A stretch of DNA of 64,000 nucleotides from Moniliella sp. 'wahieum'. Its lineage: Eukaryota. The stretch lies in the NCBI GenBank assembly GCA_003971905.1, contig RSEE01000026.1, forward strand, positions 248,001 to 312,000, written 5' to 3'. The position numbers and the translations under genes are program-made. This document shows, in pieces, positions 24,451 to 38,018 of this stretch; the stretch's first letter is position 1, and each line of letters opens with the position of its first letter. The notes under the pieces were generated by a model. That model was given only the letters and a program-made list of their open reading frames with translations. It did no database searches and had not been told where the DNA came from.

Positions 24451-27386
24451 ACGACCATCCGCTCTTTGCCGTCCAGCTCTCAGCACGCCACACAATGCAG
24501 CCGACGATGGCCGAGGATTTACGCGTTATGCGTTACGGTGGCTCGATGGCGCTGCAACATCGGGCAGGGTAGCTGCACAGGGTGCACACCAGCCACTAGC
24601 CTTGCCAGCCGTATTCTATACTGCCCATCATGCATCATGCATCATGCATCATCGTCCATCGATCATCGACCATCAATCGACAATCAATAATCATTAATCA
24701 ATCTTCGATCTCGGGCCCTGCAGCACCAACAGAATGTGCTTTCATAGCGTTTACTTGCCCACCGGCCACCTACTCTCCAGGATGATCGATGCCGGACAGT
24801 GCGGAACAAGAACTATTATGGGAACCCAAAGTCCCACAATAATCTTGAAGCTTGAAGCTGGGGGAAAGATCTGATATCTGAGAGGGACCCGGTACCCGGT
24901 AATGTACGCGTTAATAACGTTTAACTGGAACGCGTAATAGCGCGTAACGCGTACCGCTTAGTATAACACAAGGTAACGCTAGGGGTCTTCTCCCAGGTCC
25001 TAAGCGCCTTATAAGCTCCTTGTTGCTTCAAGGTGATCGAGACCCTTGCTTATGCATATGCGCTAAATAGTCGTACGGAAGGGTTACTAAGCTGAAGCAG
25101 GCTTCGCAGCCCTGCTCTCTTCTCCGCCCCCCCTTGTCTGTCCTCGTGTCTCCTTCCCTTCAAACATCTCCTTGAAAAGACTTATGCGGCTCAGTCTCAC
25201 AGCGCTCACCACTTTGCGTCGGAAAGCTGCTTTGCAGCTGATTCCGTAGGATCCCTGAGGGCTCCCAAGTCGTACGCTAGCATCGTGACATTTGTTGACA
25301 ACACGTGATAGCACAACTGGACACAAAAGAGGGGGGAAGTCCGACCCAAGGCTTCTCTGATCGTCGATTAATGATGACATGGACATGTGACATGTGACAT
25401 GTGATCGGTGATCGGTGACTAGTGACCGGGTTATGACCAGTGATCGAGGCGGTCGATGGTGGCTAGTGGACGCATGGCGTTGCGACACATGCGGCATGGT
25501 ACCAGGCGATCGGGTGATGTGTACCAGGGCATACTGCACACTGCATACCAGGGCATGAACAGGCTGAGCTCGCTGGGGGTGCTCAGAGCGCTGACCGCTG
25601 ATGAGGGTCACCCGGTCAAGTCAGCAAGATGTGGGGTGGGGGCAGTGTCCACTAATGCATAATGGCGTTCTCTGTCTCCGTGGCGCCCTTGTGCTTTCTG
25701 CGCCCTGTTCGAATCACCAGGAGAGGCTCCGATCTCCAGGTGTCCTGTGGCGTGGACACTTACTGTCGGGCTGTAAGTACCAAGTGCTCCGTCCGGAGAC
25801 CCGAGGCTCCCAGGGCAGAGACTCGAGACGCCGGGAGACGCCCGATCCGTTGTCGACACAGCGCTCAGCGCGATCTCAAGCTGGTGACAAGCATGTGACA
25901 TGCGAGACATGTGGAACGTGATTGTACTAGGGCTCTCCGATCTGAGACTATATCCTGCTGTGCCAGCTATACCCTACTATGCCTCCCCGCGCGCTTGTGG
26001 CGCATCACGGATATTTTGACCGCCTGTTGGACCCCAACGGGCAGCGTTCGGAGCGGAACGCTAGCCGACTTGAAGCTCCCAGCTTCAAGCCTTAGGCCTT
26101 AGGCCTCAGGTTGAGTTCCGTGCAGTTCTCACTGGCGTGGGGATGGAAGATTCAGACTTTCCCATTCGATGCTCGACCAGCAACCGTTGGCGACCGCCTG
26201 GATATTGATGATCGATGACTAGGATGACGATGACTCGATGACTGCTCTCACTTGACGCGCTTGACGTTGAACACGTTGAACGTTGAACGTTGAAGTTGAA
26301 CATGTTGAACTGAGTGTACGTGAGTGTGTTCAGCCTGGGCGCTTGAGCACCTGGGCGCTGAGGCGCTGGGGCCTGAAGCTTGAAGTCAGGCCTGAGGCTG
26401 AGCGCTCATGCACATGTCATGCATGCCACCTGTCAGAGTTGCTCAGTACTAGAACTCACCCATCGATCGCCAGTCTGAATCATACCCCCTCGGCTGCGAC
26501 GGCTTCGACGTCTCAGATTTCCCCGATCTCGGGGGACACGCTGGTCAGGTGCCTGGGCGCCTCTTTTAGGTCCCTGGTCTTTCCCTGGCCGGTGACCTCA
26601 TGGGATGGGATTGGAGATCTGAGATCTATCTGAGATCTGAGATCCTATCCTCATCCATATTTGTCGTCTCAAGGCTGGGGCAGCCTCAGCGCCTCATACC
26701 TCACTGGGGCTCCCTGCGCCTCCTTGGCCTGAAGGCCTGAGCTCAGGTGACGGTGAGCACTGTCCGCCCAGTCAGTGTGGTCGAGGGGCGAGCAGCTGCA
26801 GCAGAACGACAGCCGCAGCAGGAACGACAGCCGCAGGTACGAATTGCATTGCCATGGCGTTGCCGTTGCCAGTGGCAGCCCTAGCACCATTCCCCACACC
26901 TCGTTCTCCTCTCTCCGCCCCCTCCTCTCTCCTTCCTCTTTCTTCCTTGCGTCAGTGAAGTGGCTGCTGTGCCGTAACATTGCTACCTCTGCCTCCTTTC
27001 ACGGCCTCCTCGTTTGCGCGCGCCTGCTATCGAAGTCACCATCCTGACTTGCGCGCCCGCCTCCCCACCATCGCCACTGCCTGCCCAGCTGCCACCCGCC
27101 GCCCCCGCCGCCACCTGTGCCACCCTCGGCCAGTCCATACACGTTGCCTGGCAAGCACAGCTTCCGGCGAAGCGCGTCTGGCTCATACGCCTCGCCTCGC
27201 CAGCGCCCAGTACCCATTGCCTCTAAGGCTTTCCCTTTCTGCCCTAGGTAAGTGGCGAAAGAAGCTGTTTTTGGCCGCCTCTATTCACACTGACCCTCTC
27301 TTTGTCTTCCCTCGGCTGCAGCCGCAGTGCCTCCCCTCCCCCGCGTCCGTCCGCTACGCTTCCTTTCCCTCCTCGCCACTCAGGCC

Positions 27387-30300
27387 ATGAGCTTCTTTCC
27401 CCGCCATCAGTCTTCCCAGCAGCTGTCTCAGCTTCTCAGCTCTGAGAGGTCGTCCTTGCTCGCTGCCACCTCTTATGTGGACGATTACCAGGTTGACAGC
27501 CAGCCCCGCTATCCTCCACCCGCTCCTCGCTTTCCTACCGTGCCTGACCTGGCCCCCCGCCGTCATCACCAATCGCACTCACCCAATCTTCCCTCGCTTC
27601 ATCTTCTGCCTTCGACGGAGCCCAGACCAATCAGCACCTACCAGCTTTAATATCACGTCTGGCTCTCTTCCCACCCCAGCCGAGGCGCCAGGATCAGTGG
27701 AACTTTCGACCCAAGAAACCTCCCAGGCATTCCCCTCTCACCCTTTTCCTTCACCCCAGTTAGAATCGACAGGAAATACGGAACTGGGGTACCATGCTCG
27801 CGTTTTTGCCCATCATGTCTCGCATCTCAACTTGCATGACGTCAATTCCAATGGATCCTGCCCTTCCAACGCCACCAAGATTCTCCATGCTCCCTATGAG
27901 GCCTTCGGCCCGGTTACTTCGTCTGATGCGGTGCTAGCGCGCTGCGCGAAGGGTCCTGATCTCTCAACGAATGGAAACTCACATGCTTCTTCCAATGAAA
28001 GGGTCACCTCGTCTCGCACTCCTGTGGCTGCTGAACAGCCCAAATTGACCCTCCAAGAGCGGCGAAAGATGGCGCGTCTACGCGAGGCGCGCTCTAACTT
28101 GTGGCAATCCCTTCAAAGCCGTTCCACCTTGCCTAACGCCCGCACACTGGAGTGACACCTTCTAGCTCGTCGGGTTTCTTTACTCCTTCAGAGACGTTGC
28201 CCAGCCTTGGTCGGACCATGCTACCAGCCCTGCCCAGTTTCGGGAAGCCGTTCCGCCTTCCGCAACACCCTGAACGGTATGCCGAGTCAACCCTCCCATC
28301 TTGAACGACCGGTGTCGGCCCTATCCCCCATTAGCCAGGATTCGGGTCTAGCAGCGTTTTCTTGGACGCGAAGGCCGAGTCTAAGTACTCGCACTAGCCA
28401 TACCAACCGTAACTTCTCTCACCGATGGTTCTACTGATGCCACACAGTCGTTGTCTACTCCCCTGAGTACTCTCCCTTCGGGAGAAAAGGCAGCAGTCTT
28501 TCAACCCCCTTGCACTCGGTTACTAAAGCTGCCGACCCCAGTTTGCCATTCCTCGTCCCCTGACCGGCGGAGCGTCAACATCGGCAATCAACTCGATGGG
28601 CTTTGACATGCTCTCCGCTTTGCTTCGTGTTGCTTCGCGCCCCAACCCCGTCATCCAGTTGGGACCGGTGAACCTCTCGGCGCGTTTGCCGTGGCAGATG
28701 TGTCTCTTCCCGATATGCCCCTTGTGTACTGCAGCGATTCGTTTCTCCATCTCACGGGGTACGAACATCGGGATGGTGGGCCGCAACTGTCGGTTTTTGC
28801 AAGCCCCACCAGGCCAGTCGGTAAAACAGGGCGACGTCCGCACTTCAACCGACTCGGGTGCTGTAGCCCACCTTTCTTCCCACTGAGCAAACTTCAAGAG
28901 TGCCAAGCGAGCTTGATCAACTACCGAAAAGATGGCCAGCCGTTTCTCAATTTGGTCTCGCTGGTACCTATTTCGTGGGGGGAGGATCCGTCGGTCCGGT
29001 ATGTCGTTGGTTTCCAAGTACGCCTTGCTTCTCAACCGATTCATGCCGAAACGCCTGCCCAAGCGATGCAGGCGACAGTCCCGACAGCCCCAGTTCACCC
29101 CCCTTCTTCAGAACTAGAAATGACCCCAGCTCCTGTTTCCACCAAAGGTGATGGGTGAAGAGATGGAGAGTACAGTCACCCTGGTCCAAGCAGCTACCAA
29201 CCGATCCGCACGATGGCCAATGCGCGCGCCATATGCAATCTCTGTACCCGTCCAGCGCGGAAAGCGATAGCAGTGACGCGGAACCCGTGGGTACGCGACT
29301 CTGACTGGGCCCGGCTGGTGTTGGCAAACAACCCAGACGCCATCTTTGTCTTGTCGCTTAAAGGGATCTTGCTGTACGTGTCTCCCAACGTGGAGAAGAT
29401 GACGGGATGGAACTCTTCGCAATTGAGCGGCAAGTTCCTCGGCAACTTTATCACCCTGCCGACGTTGTTCCCGTCTTTCGTCAGCTCAAGGATTCCCTAT
29501 ACCGCCGCCATCAACGAAGCGTTGCGCCACCACAGCCATGATCCTGTTGCCAAACAACCCTCTCCCTCCTACTGGTGTAGAGGTGAGGCGAGGCGGACAG
29601 CGATGCTGGCATGCCGGGAGGGCGATCAGCCCCCAAGCAGGCTCAGTTCGTGCGACGACCACCTCTGGACCTAAAGTTCATCTTTTGTTCCGGATGAAGA
29701 TAAACCACTCGAGCGATCATCGATGGATTGAGTCGGTCGGCGGTTGCATCTTGAACATGGCAAGGGCCGCAAGGTGGTCGTCCTTTCAGCGCGACCGCAG
29801 CAAATCTACCACGTGGCGCCTCGCGTCGTGTCTTGGAGTGCGGCCACCCCCCAGCCTGGTTTCTGGGCCCGCTGTCTCTCTACACTGGTCTGTTTCTTGC
29901 TGCGACGGCACCGTGGTGCACATTTTAGGCATCACGTCGCCCAGTTGGTGGACGGTCGATCAAGGACTTGCGCCCCCCTCCGCTGCCGACACCTTGATCC
30001 ACGCTCTGGCGGACAAGCCAAAGCTGGTCCGACACATCCTTCGCGATCGGGAGGGGAGCCGGTGGAAGTGCTGTCCCAGGTGTACCCCGCCGTTCCTAGC
30101 GGGACGATGGGTTGCAAAGTACCTGGGTGCATATCCGTCGAGCCCATCCTCAGCCCCCAACGACAACGACAGTCAGCCCCGACAATCTTGCCCATACCAG
30201 CGATCGAAAACGAGGAGTGGGCCGGCCCCGAGGAAGCAGCAACGGTATTCCCCGAGTTTTTGAAACCCACTGTTCCCCAGTTGGGCCTACGAGCTGCAGC

Positions 30301-30622
30301 AGCTACGTTTGCACAACAAACGGTTGCGCCACGATGTCCAAACAGCCTACGCCCGTCGCCGCAGCGGCACCGGTCCCAAGTCCAAGTCCAAGCCCAAGTC
30401 CAATTCGAATCCCAAGGCGGACGAGGCTCATGGTCCCACCTCATCTTCGTGTCCGAGATGAGTGGAGCGGGAGCTCCAAGATTTGCTCATGACCATCGCG
30501 TCGCAGCGCTACCATCTCCGGAACAGACACGACCGGGGACGTTGTCGGGAAAGCGCGAACGCGAGCATGACTGGGGAAAGAGGGTTCCGGATCCGGTCTT
30601 TTTGGACACTAACCGACAATGA
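27387..30622 (+). CDS. wc-1: White collar-1-type blue-light photoreceptor (LOV plus PAS domains, no GATA zinc finger; end approximate)
   Basis: GFDMLSALLRVASRPNPVIQLGPVNLS; DMPLVYCSDSFLHLTGY; MVGRNCRFLQAP (LOV Cys); ECQASLINYRKDGQPFLNLVSLVPI..YVVGFQV; PAS-B PDAIFVLSLKGILLYVSP; HLEHGKGRKVVVLSAR; terminal WERELQDL. Probable 5'-UTR intron 27248-27321. Confidence 0.93.
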
Positions 30623-31539
30623 GCGGGCCGGAGTTCGGCTCAGCGGGATCAGCTTCGTCGGGCGATGCGGCGCTACTCCCATCCTCGGACATGTTAGCAT
30701 CTCGTTCGGGAAGTTTACTTTCTATGCCTATACTCCCGCTCCAACAGTCTCGCGTTTGCTCCTAGCCATCGGGCCTCGACCGGGGCAAAGCGGGAGGTGA
30801 GATGTGGACGGTTGATAGTGATGCGCCGGGCCTAGCCGAGCACAACCACGGAGAAAAACAAAGGGCTGGTGGGTCGCTTACTCCGGGTTTCTTTGGTGCT
30901 TCAGGCTTGCCGGGTAAGCCCTCTGAGGGTGTAAGGGCTCTTACCAAGACTTCGGCCTCAGCTGGGGAGGACCATGTTGTCAATGACGCCGCTGTCGGAT
31001 GATGGTCAAGCCAAAAGAGCCACCAAGATGCGACACTTGTCTCGTTGTTTCTGCCCCCCCCTTTCCTCCCACCTCCCCCGCTTTGCCACAGCAGTGTGTT
31101 AGTAAAAATGTTTTACTCTCCGTGGTGAAAGGACCTACTATTGTGGAGTGTGCCCGCCTTTTCGTTCCCCCTCGCCCGCGCATCCGACTTTCGCACTTTG
31201 TTCGCCTCGCCTTGTATCTCACATTCGTATGAATTCATACCTCGCTCTTCCCCCCGAACTGCATGGATCTCCCAACAGTTTCCTCACATTGCCTCATTCA
31301 TCTGGATTCAGGTCAATAGCCTCGTACTTTCCATGCGCTTGTAAATAACACGCCTACTACTACCTATACTTACTGCCAACTTCAAGTTTTTTTTCACTTC
31401 CTGTTTGTCCCACAACGACTGCGAACCCGTCCTGAACCAACGCATCGTACCCTGGTAGGCATGCGTGCATGATGGCCATGATCACACCCCCGTTCATCTC
31501 AATGAAGGTGTGCACACAAGCTGACCATTTCATATCTCA

Positions 31540-33276
31540 TCATTGCCCGTTGGCGTAAACCAGTGCCTCCCTGTGCGTCACTCGAGAGTGCAATACAGAG
31601 AGCGCCACTCCGACACTCAATAATATGTGATGGGCACCAAGTTGCCACCGCGAGCCCCAGCTCTGCTGGGACAAAGAGGCAACACCACCGTGTATGATAT
31701 TGCCTACTCTAAAAGGCCCAACACAGGGTTTTCCATGCCACACGACCACGGAATGAGTACGTGTTTTAATGTACTGAATGATGGGGTGAGGAAGATCGAT
31801 GAAGGCATACACACCATTAATAGGGGAGTAAGTAAGTGTGCCGGGGACACGTATGAGGCCGTGTGGGAGTCGATCCGTGAGCGTGTGCGTCCCCAATCCG
31901 GGGCACCCATATCTTCTCTCATCGATGAGCCGGCTGTGGAAAAAAGAGGAAACCCCGTGGGGGAGCTGGACCAGGTACTACTTACGGACTACCCCGAGTG
32001 AGATAGGAACAGGAGTGGAGGATTTGAAATGAAGGTGGACCGGGCCCCCACACTCGAGAGACTTGAGAACTAGAAGGGAGGCCCGTTTTCGTATGGAAGG
32101 GAGCCCCAGACAGCAACACCTATTATGGAATGCTAAGAGGAGGAGCTACATCGACTGGTGGAGAAGCGGAATGCGACTCAAAAAGACCGCCAAAAGCATC
32201 GGGGCGCACTAAGAGCCTTTCTTATGTACAGTCTCGATCCAAACACGCAAGAGTCTGGACGCTCCGACGGCTCGCCCATCTCGCTCATCTGCCTCGGGAA
32301 GAGGGCCAAGCTAGCATAGCTGAGGAGGTAAATGAGACTCGAACCCCTGGCTCATCAGAAATAGTTTTGCAGTGCATTGATTACATAAAAAAGGTTCAGA
32401 GAGCAAGACAAAAAAGGGACAACTCCGTGAAGCAACGGCACCCTCAGACCTTGGATGGCAGAGAAGAGGTTTCTTCGTACGACCCTGCATATGGAGGCGG
32501 AGCAGAACTCGATCCTGGCTCATCCGCATGAGCTTCTAGTACATCCACGTCATGAGCTTCTACATCCGCATCCAGCAACGGCTCGCTCTCGGGCGCGGCT
32601 TCCGGGTCGTTCTGCTCCATGGGGTGCAGGGCATGGGCTCCTTCTTGTGATCCTTCCGGATCAAATGCACGGAATGATAGCACGAGTGTCCAGTCCACCA
32701 GCATCAGTGAGGCACAATACCATATGCTTACCATGGCTGCACATCTTCCCGCTTCGGGACTCAAGGCTACCAATTAACGAGTTAGTAGGGCGCGGGATCA
32801 AACGGGAACAAGACACGCACGTTTCGAACGGGCAACCAAGGCGACGATTAGCCAGCCACAGATGACTATTATGTAGAAACCGGTCAGAATCTGGATCGGA
32901 TGAGGGGAAGGGATACGCACCAATGACAACCTCGAATAAGGTGGACAAAATCACCACTTTGATAAATCCATTGGCAGCGCGCATGCAGGGCAAGGGATTA
33001 CGGCTCAGACTGGAGTGCAACATGGCTACCGTCCGAAGCAAGCCGAGCATAAGCGCTGCTACAGAAAACGTCCCGAGGGGGGTGCCTCTGCGAAGAAGGA
33101 TGATGATCCAATGATTGAAGCGAGGAGACCGAGAGCCTTGACCGCGGCAGCAGCTGCCAACCCGCGCTTGGTGGCCCAGCTAGTACACTGGTATGGCGAC
33201 ATGCGTGCCTCTTCTGTATCTGTCGTGATGACGGGTGGGGAGGTAGTCGGGAGAGACGTAGTGTCGGCGGTCATGC
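31540..33276 (-). CDS. Hypothetical multi-pass membrane protein (fragmented by indels)
   Basis: Chain of overlapping minus-strand ORFs: MTADTTSLPTT..KALGLLASIIG, LLRTVAML..FIKVVILSTLFEVVIG, WYCASLMLVDWTLVLSF, then acidic loop ESEPLL..PPPY. No family recognised. Confidence 0.4.
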
Positions 33277-34296
33277 TGCTTTGATGAGGGTGAGGGTGGG
33301 ATTGGTGAGTGGGGGGGGTGGGAATGACAAAAGTACCAGCATCCGGCTGTCTTTTGACCTGTCGGGGGGGGGGGGGGGGGGGAGGGCAGGAGATCAGAGA
33401 TGATGGATGAGCGGGATAATGTTGCGAGGCTGCGACGTCCGCGACTGCGACGCCCGCAATTTCGACTGCGACGCATATAAAACAAAGCCTCGTCGCTAAC
33501 CTCCGGTGCAGCATATATACCCTCACTGTTGCGCCGTGGGTAGAGCATCCTTTCTCCGACGCGCTTTTTCATCGCTCTCGACTAGAGGGCTCGTCCATCG
33601 CAAGCATGACGCTACGGGAACAAGGCCACGCATGACGAGCCGAGAGTAGAGACGAGCGAGCGTGGAAGTGGCGAGGAGACAGGCAGCACCGGTCCCGAGT
33701 GGGGAAGGGAGGGCGAGGAAACAATATGATGCGGCAGGAAATAAAATTAACTCGGCCCAGGCGCTGCGTAGCCCCGCGCCTGCGGCCACGGCGCCAGCTG
33801 CTAGTAATACTAGGCAAGCCATGATCAATCACCACCGCCACGTCGCAGCCCTTCCCTGCCAACTCCATGCTGCTGCGGCCTTGTGACTCATTCGGCGCGT
33901 CATGACGACGCATCATCACTTACAAACAGTACTTCTCTCCACGAACGTACACATACGCCTTTTGATGAGCGACATAAGCAAGCCCCCGCGGTGTGGTCAT
34001 ATGGTGCGGAGCATGCCAACGGTGGGGGGAAGAAAACACTGTAGATATGAGAGTGTACAAGTCGAACTAAGGGAGGGAGAGGGGGTCACCGATGACCGGC
34101 CATCAGACAATCGTATAACGATTGATAGAGAGATGAAACCCACCGTCGATAGGAGGTCCCACCCAAGAGAGGGAAGAAGCGTTGCATCGTCAGTCATATA
34201 TATATTGCGCAGTCTAGAGGGCCATATACCAATAATCACTACCAGCAGAAAGGTCCACCAATGCCCTTTTCCTTCTCGTCCAAGTCCAACGCCAAA

Positions 34297-35184
34297 ATGG
34301 ACGAAGGTCCTCTTGAGTTTCCCTTGGAATAAGCTTCGCGACATGCAGGTCGATGAGAAAGAGACGGAGCAGGCATCCTCGTTTTCCCTCTCGAGTCGTC
34401 AGGCACAAACTTCAGCCAGCTCTTCCCACAGCAGCCAAGGTGTCGACCCTGTCTCTTCTCAGTCCACCTCGACCACTTCCCACCGTGTTCTTGGGTCAGC
34501 CCCCCATCTAATCGATCCGTGGTCTCTTCCGGATCTTCATCGCAGAACTCTTTGATGTCCGGTTCGCCGCGTCGTCGGTAGGGGAAGTATCGATCGGGGC
34601 GGCGTCGACAGTGCTATCGCCGTCGCTGCCCCGGTGATGGAGCCACACGGAAGGGGACCGCCGCCAGGCGTCAATGCCAAACATATCGCCGCCGTGGCAG
34701 CGTTCAATGAACATTTCGGCACTGAGATCGAGTCGTTTGACGTGTTACAGTTACAGAATATGATGAACACGTCCACAGATGCACGAAATTGGTACAAGAT
34801 GTACCGTGTGCAAAACGTGCCGCCCAGGCCCAGCTTCCCGCCCATTTCAAGCGGACGGGGGTGACGCCAAGCGAGTGGGCTGCAACAGAGGAAATGCGCG
34901 CGTGACAGAAAAAGATCGGGGCGGACGTGGCAGCGCGTTCGGTGGATTTGACCAACGTGTACAAGGCGGCACTGCAGGCGGTGCGAGACCAAGGACGAGC
35001 CGAGTTGGCCAAATGCGAGAGCCCCCTCGTTCTGGCCATGGAGGCAGGTCTTGCTCAGCTCCCCATGGAAGCCAAGACCAAGGTGGCGGCCAAATTGGGG
35101 GCTGATCATGTTCAGGAAGCTAACGGCAAGTTGAATTGGCAAGACAAGAATGGATTCGCCACAGGCGCGCGAGGGCACACTTGA
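34297..35184 (+). CDS. Hypothetical protein (fragmented)
   Basis: Successive overlapping + ORFs (34297-34555, 34634-34864, 34927-35184) with protein-like composition; TATA-like atatatatat at ~34196. Confidence 0.4.
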
Positions 35185-36902
35185 GTTCGATCCCAATGCC
35201 TACCCTCTGATGCCGCTGTAGCTGTGGTGGCTGGATACTAAGAGTGACAGAGCATTTTGGACGCCATGTGGCATTCTTTTTCTTTTTGGAGAGAGTGACA
35301 TTGTCCGCATCGTATTATACCACTCCTCTGGTCGGAGTGTGGACTGTTGGCAACAGTAGCAATGAGGGTGGCTCTGATCTACCCCCATATGTCCCATTTC
35401 TTTTCTGTAGCTCACGTTCAATGGGGGCTCTTTATCCTGTTCCCCCTGTTTTGCTCCTATAGACCTCTTGCTTCAAGACACTATAGTGTCCACAACAGGG
35501 CGGCGAACAAATCTATGGCCGATATTATATGGGAGTGCATGGTTCTGGCAAGGGTGGGGTCAACCAAGGTGAATAGTGGGTCTAGGAGCGAGAAGAAGAT
35601 AGAAGTATCCTTCCTTGCCATCGTACAACGATGTGATGCGTGCTGATCTCAACCACCGCTCGGCTTGGGCATGATGCATGATGCGTGCACATGATGGCGG
35701 AGACGTCCCCGTTGGATACCGGATGATTAATCGGTGTCTACGGGGCCGTGTTGCTTGGTGGCGGGAAGGGTGGCCGGGTGCAGTGGGTCGAGTGACGCTA
35801 GTGACTAGTACAGCGACGGGGTTGCCGGTTACCGGTTACCGGTTACCCCGGTTACCGCTTACGCTGAGATCGAGAGAGCAGTGGCAGGCAGTGGCCCGCA
35901 GTGGCGAGTGGGAGGATCTGGGCTAAGCCTAAGCGCTATAAGCGCTAAGTACTGTGCCAAGCACTGATCTGCGCTTCTCGATGGAGGTGGTGTGCGGGTG
36001 GGTGTGGGATGGCAGCGTGCGCAGCTATATGTGCTCGACCACGGCCACCGGCCATCTGCCACCTTGGGCCGGCCTCGGGCCCCCGGCGTATTTGGCCGCA
36101 AAGCGATCCGCCGCATCCTGTTGCGCATGTGTCGTGTACATCACCTGTGACATGTGACATGCGACAGCGCTGTCATGCATGTCACACCCAGCGCCCGCCA
36201 GTCGTCCCTGCATCCTGCTGCATGCTACACGTGAGGCTGAGGCCTTACATGTTACACGTCACGGTGTCACATGTCACATCATACGACGTCGCACCACAGC
36301 ACAGAGACGATGGAGTCACTAGTTGCTAGGTAGCTCCTAACGTCGACGATCGATGATCGATCGTCGTTTGCCCCGTGCAGGCCTGAAGACCTGAGGCCTG
36401 ATGCCGTGCCTGCCTGCGCTGCCGGATGCCGATCATCGATGACAGATCGGCTGGCTGCAGCCTAGTCCCTGCAGCGCAGAGCTCAGCCAGCGCTCCGCGG
36501 CTCAGCGCTCAACGTAGGCTCAGCCGCGCCATGCAAGGCGATCGAGCAGTTTCGCTGTGAGAGGCACAGGCACCGCGCCAGTCCTGCCTCCGCGCCTCAG
36601 CGCGGGCGGGCATTGCTCCCAGCACGTGGCGCACCGCAGTGGGCCTGCCGCCCACTGCAAGCATCCTGCCAGCACACGGGCACACTGCCAGCGCCCGCAC
36701 CCGCACTGCCAAGCAACTAGCTTAGCTGTCCTGCCCATCTCGCTCCCGCGTCAAGCAATACTGGTGCTGTCAACTTGACGAGTCAGCTTCTCAGATCTCA
36801 CCCTTCACGCACCCAGCTCCCACCACCGTTCCATCTTTCCTCCCGCCTCCTTTTCTCTCTCGTCTCCCCTTCCGTCGCCCCCTTCCCCCCACGCTCTTTA
36901 CC

Positions 36903-38018
36903 ATGCCCGCGCCCGTGCGCACCCCCTCGGAGCGCAGAGAGGAGCTGCTGGAGAACCTCAAGCTCTATCCCACCGACTCCTCTCTTGGCTCCAGCGACAC
37001 GTTTGCCGACCCTACGCCTTTGCCCGTGGCACGGCAGGCAAGCCACCCTGCGCTCCAGGCCGCACGCGCCGCAGCATCGCAGCCAGGTCGCGCGCCGGGC
37101 GGGGCGGGGATGCGAGCGCCTGGCGCGGTGGCCATGCCTTCGGCCGCTGTGGCGCGAGGTGGGTCGGTGTCTCCCTCTGGTTATGCGCAGCAGTTTCACC
37201 CCAGCGCCGAACCCGAGATGGGGCGTGCGTTACCTGCTCAGGGACAGGCTCAGCGTCCCACCCGTAAGCCCTCCCTTCTTCGTCGCAGCATCAACGCCTT
37301 CTCCTCGCGCCACCATGCTCAGCCGAGTCAAGCGTCGCTCCAATCTCAGATGGGGGCCGGAGGGATGCAACGGAAGCCCTCGACGCTGCGCAGGAGCATG
37401 GCTCGACTCTTGGGCCAACCCATTGCTCCTGGTCCTGTCCGCATTGCCCCCGGTATGGGTGACAGTCCCAATCTAAGCACGGAGAAGCAGGCTCACCAGG
37501 CTCAAACTCGGGACGCCTTCTGGGGATCCAATGGAGACGGGAGCGAATGGGATGTGGATGGGTCGGGAGCATCGTTTTGGAAACGCTTTTCCATGGCGCA
37601 ACGGCATGCTCAGGACAAGTCGGATCCCATTACGCAGCAAAGCGAGAAGTATGTGCGCTCTCAGCAAAACGCTACTCGCACCATGCGCATTTGCATTGTC
37701 GTCGTCATCTTCCTGATTGTTGGACTGGCTGTGGGTTTGGGTGTGGGCATTCCCTTGTCCCACCATTCCAAATCTCCCTCATCGCAAGATGCCAATGGTA
37801 ACTCGACGAACAAGCGCTCGCTTCTACCTGCTGTCGGTGCTGGCACCGAGGCAGCACCCCTGTGGGAACGTAGCGATGCGGTCTGGAGTCCCGCGGGTCA
37901 TGACCAGGACCCGAGCACCAAGTCCATCAAGCTCACCTTTGGTCGTGCCCAGTCCCTTCCCCCTACCCGTGGCCACAAAGTTCGACGTGGGGGCATAGCG
38001 GGAGCTATGCGTCGATAA
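36903..38018 (+). CDS. Hypothetical single-pass membrane protein (371 aa)
   Basis: Uninterrupted ORF after a pyrimidine-rich leader; FWKRFSMAQ motif and TM segment ICIVVVIFLIVGLAVGLGVGIPL. Confidence 0.75.
   Translation: MPAPVRTPSERREELLENLKLYPTDSSLGSSDTFADPTPLPVARQASHPALQAARAAASQPGRAPGGAGMRAPGAVAMPSAAVARGGSVSPSGYAQQFHPSAEPEMGRALPAQGQAQRPTRKPSLLRRSINAFSSRHHAQPSQASLQSQMGAGGMQRKPSTLRRSMARLLGQPIAPGPVRIAPGMGDSPNLSTEKQAHQAQTRDAFWGSNGDGSEWDVDGSGASFWKRFSMAQRHAQDKSDPITQQSEKYVRSQQNATRTMRICIVVVIFLIVGLAVGLGVGIPLSHHSKSPSSQDANGNSTNKRSLLPAVGAGTEAAPLWERSDAVWSPAGHDQDPSTKSIKLTFGRAQSLPPTRGHKVRRGGIAGAMRR

Noticed and set aside
35184..35195. GAGTTCGATCCC resembling a tRNA T-loop
   Set aside because: No cloverleaf (acceptor, D or anticodon arms) can be built upstream.
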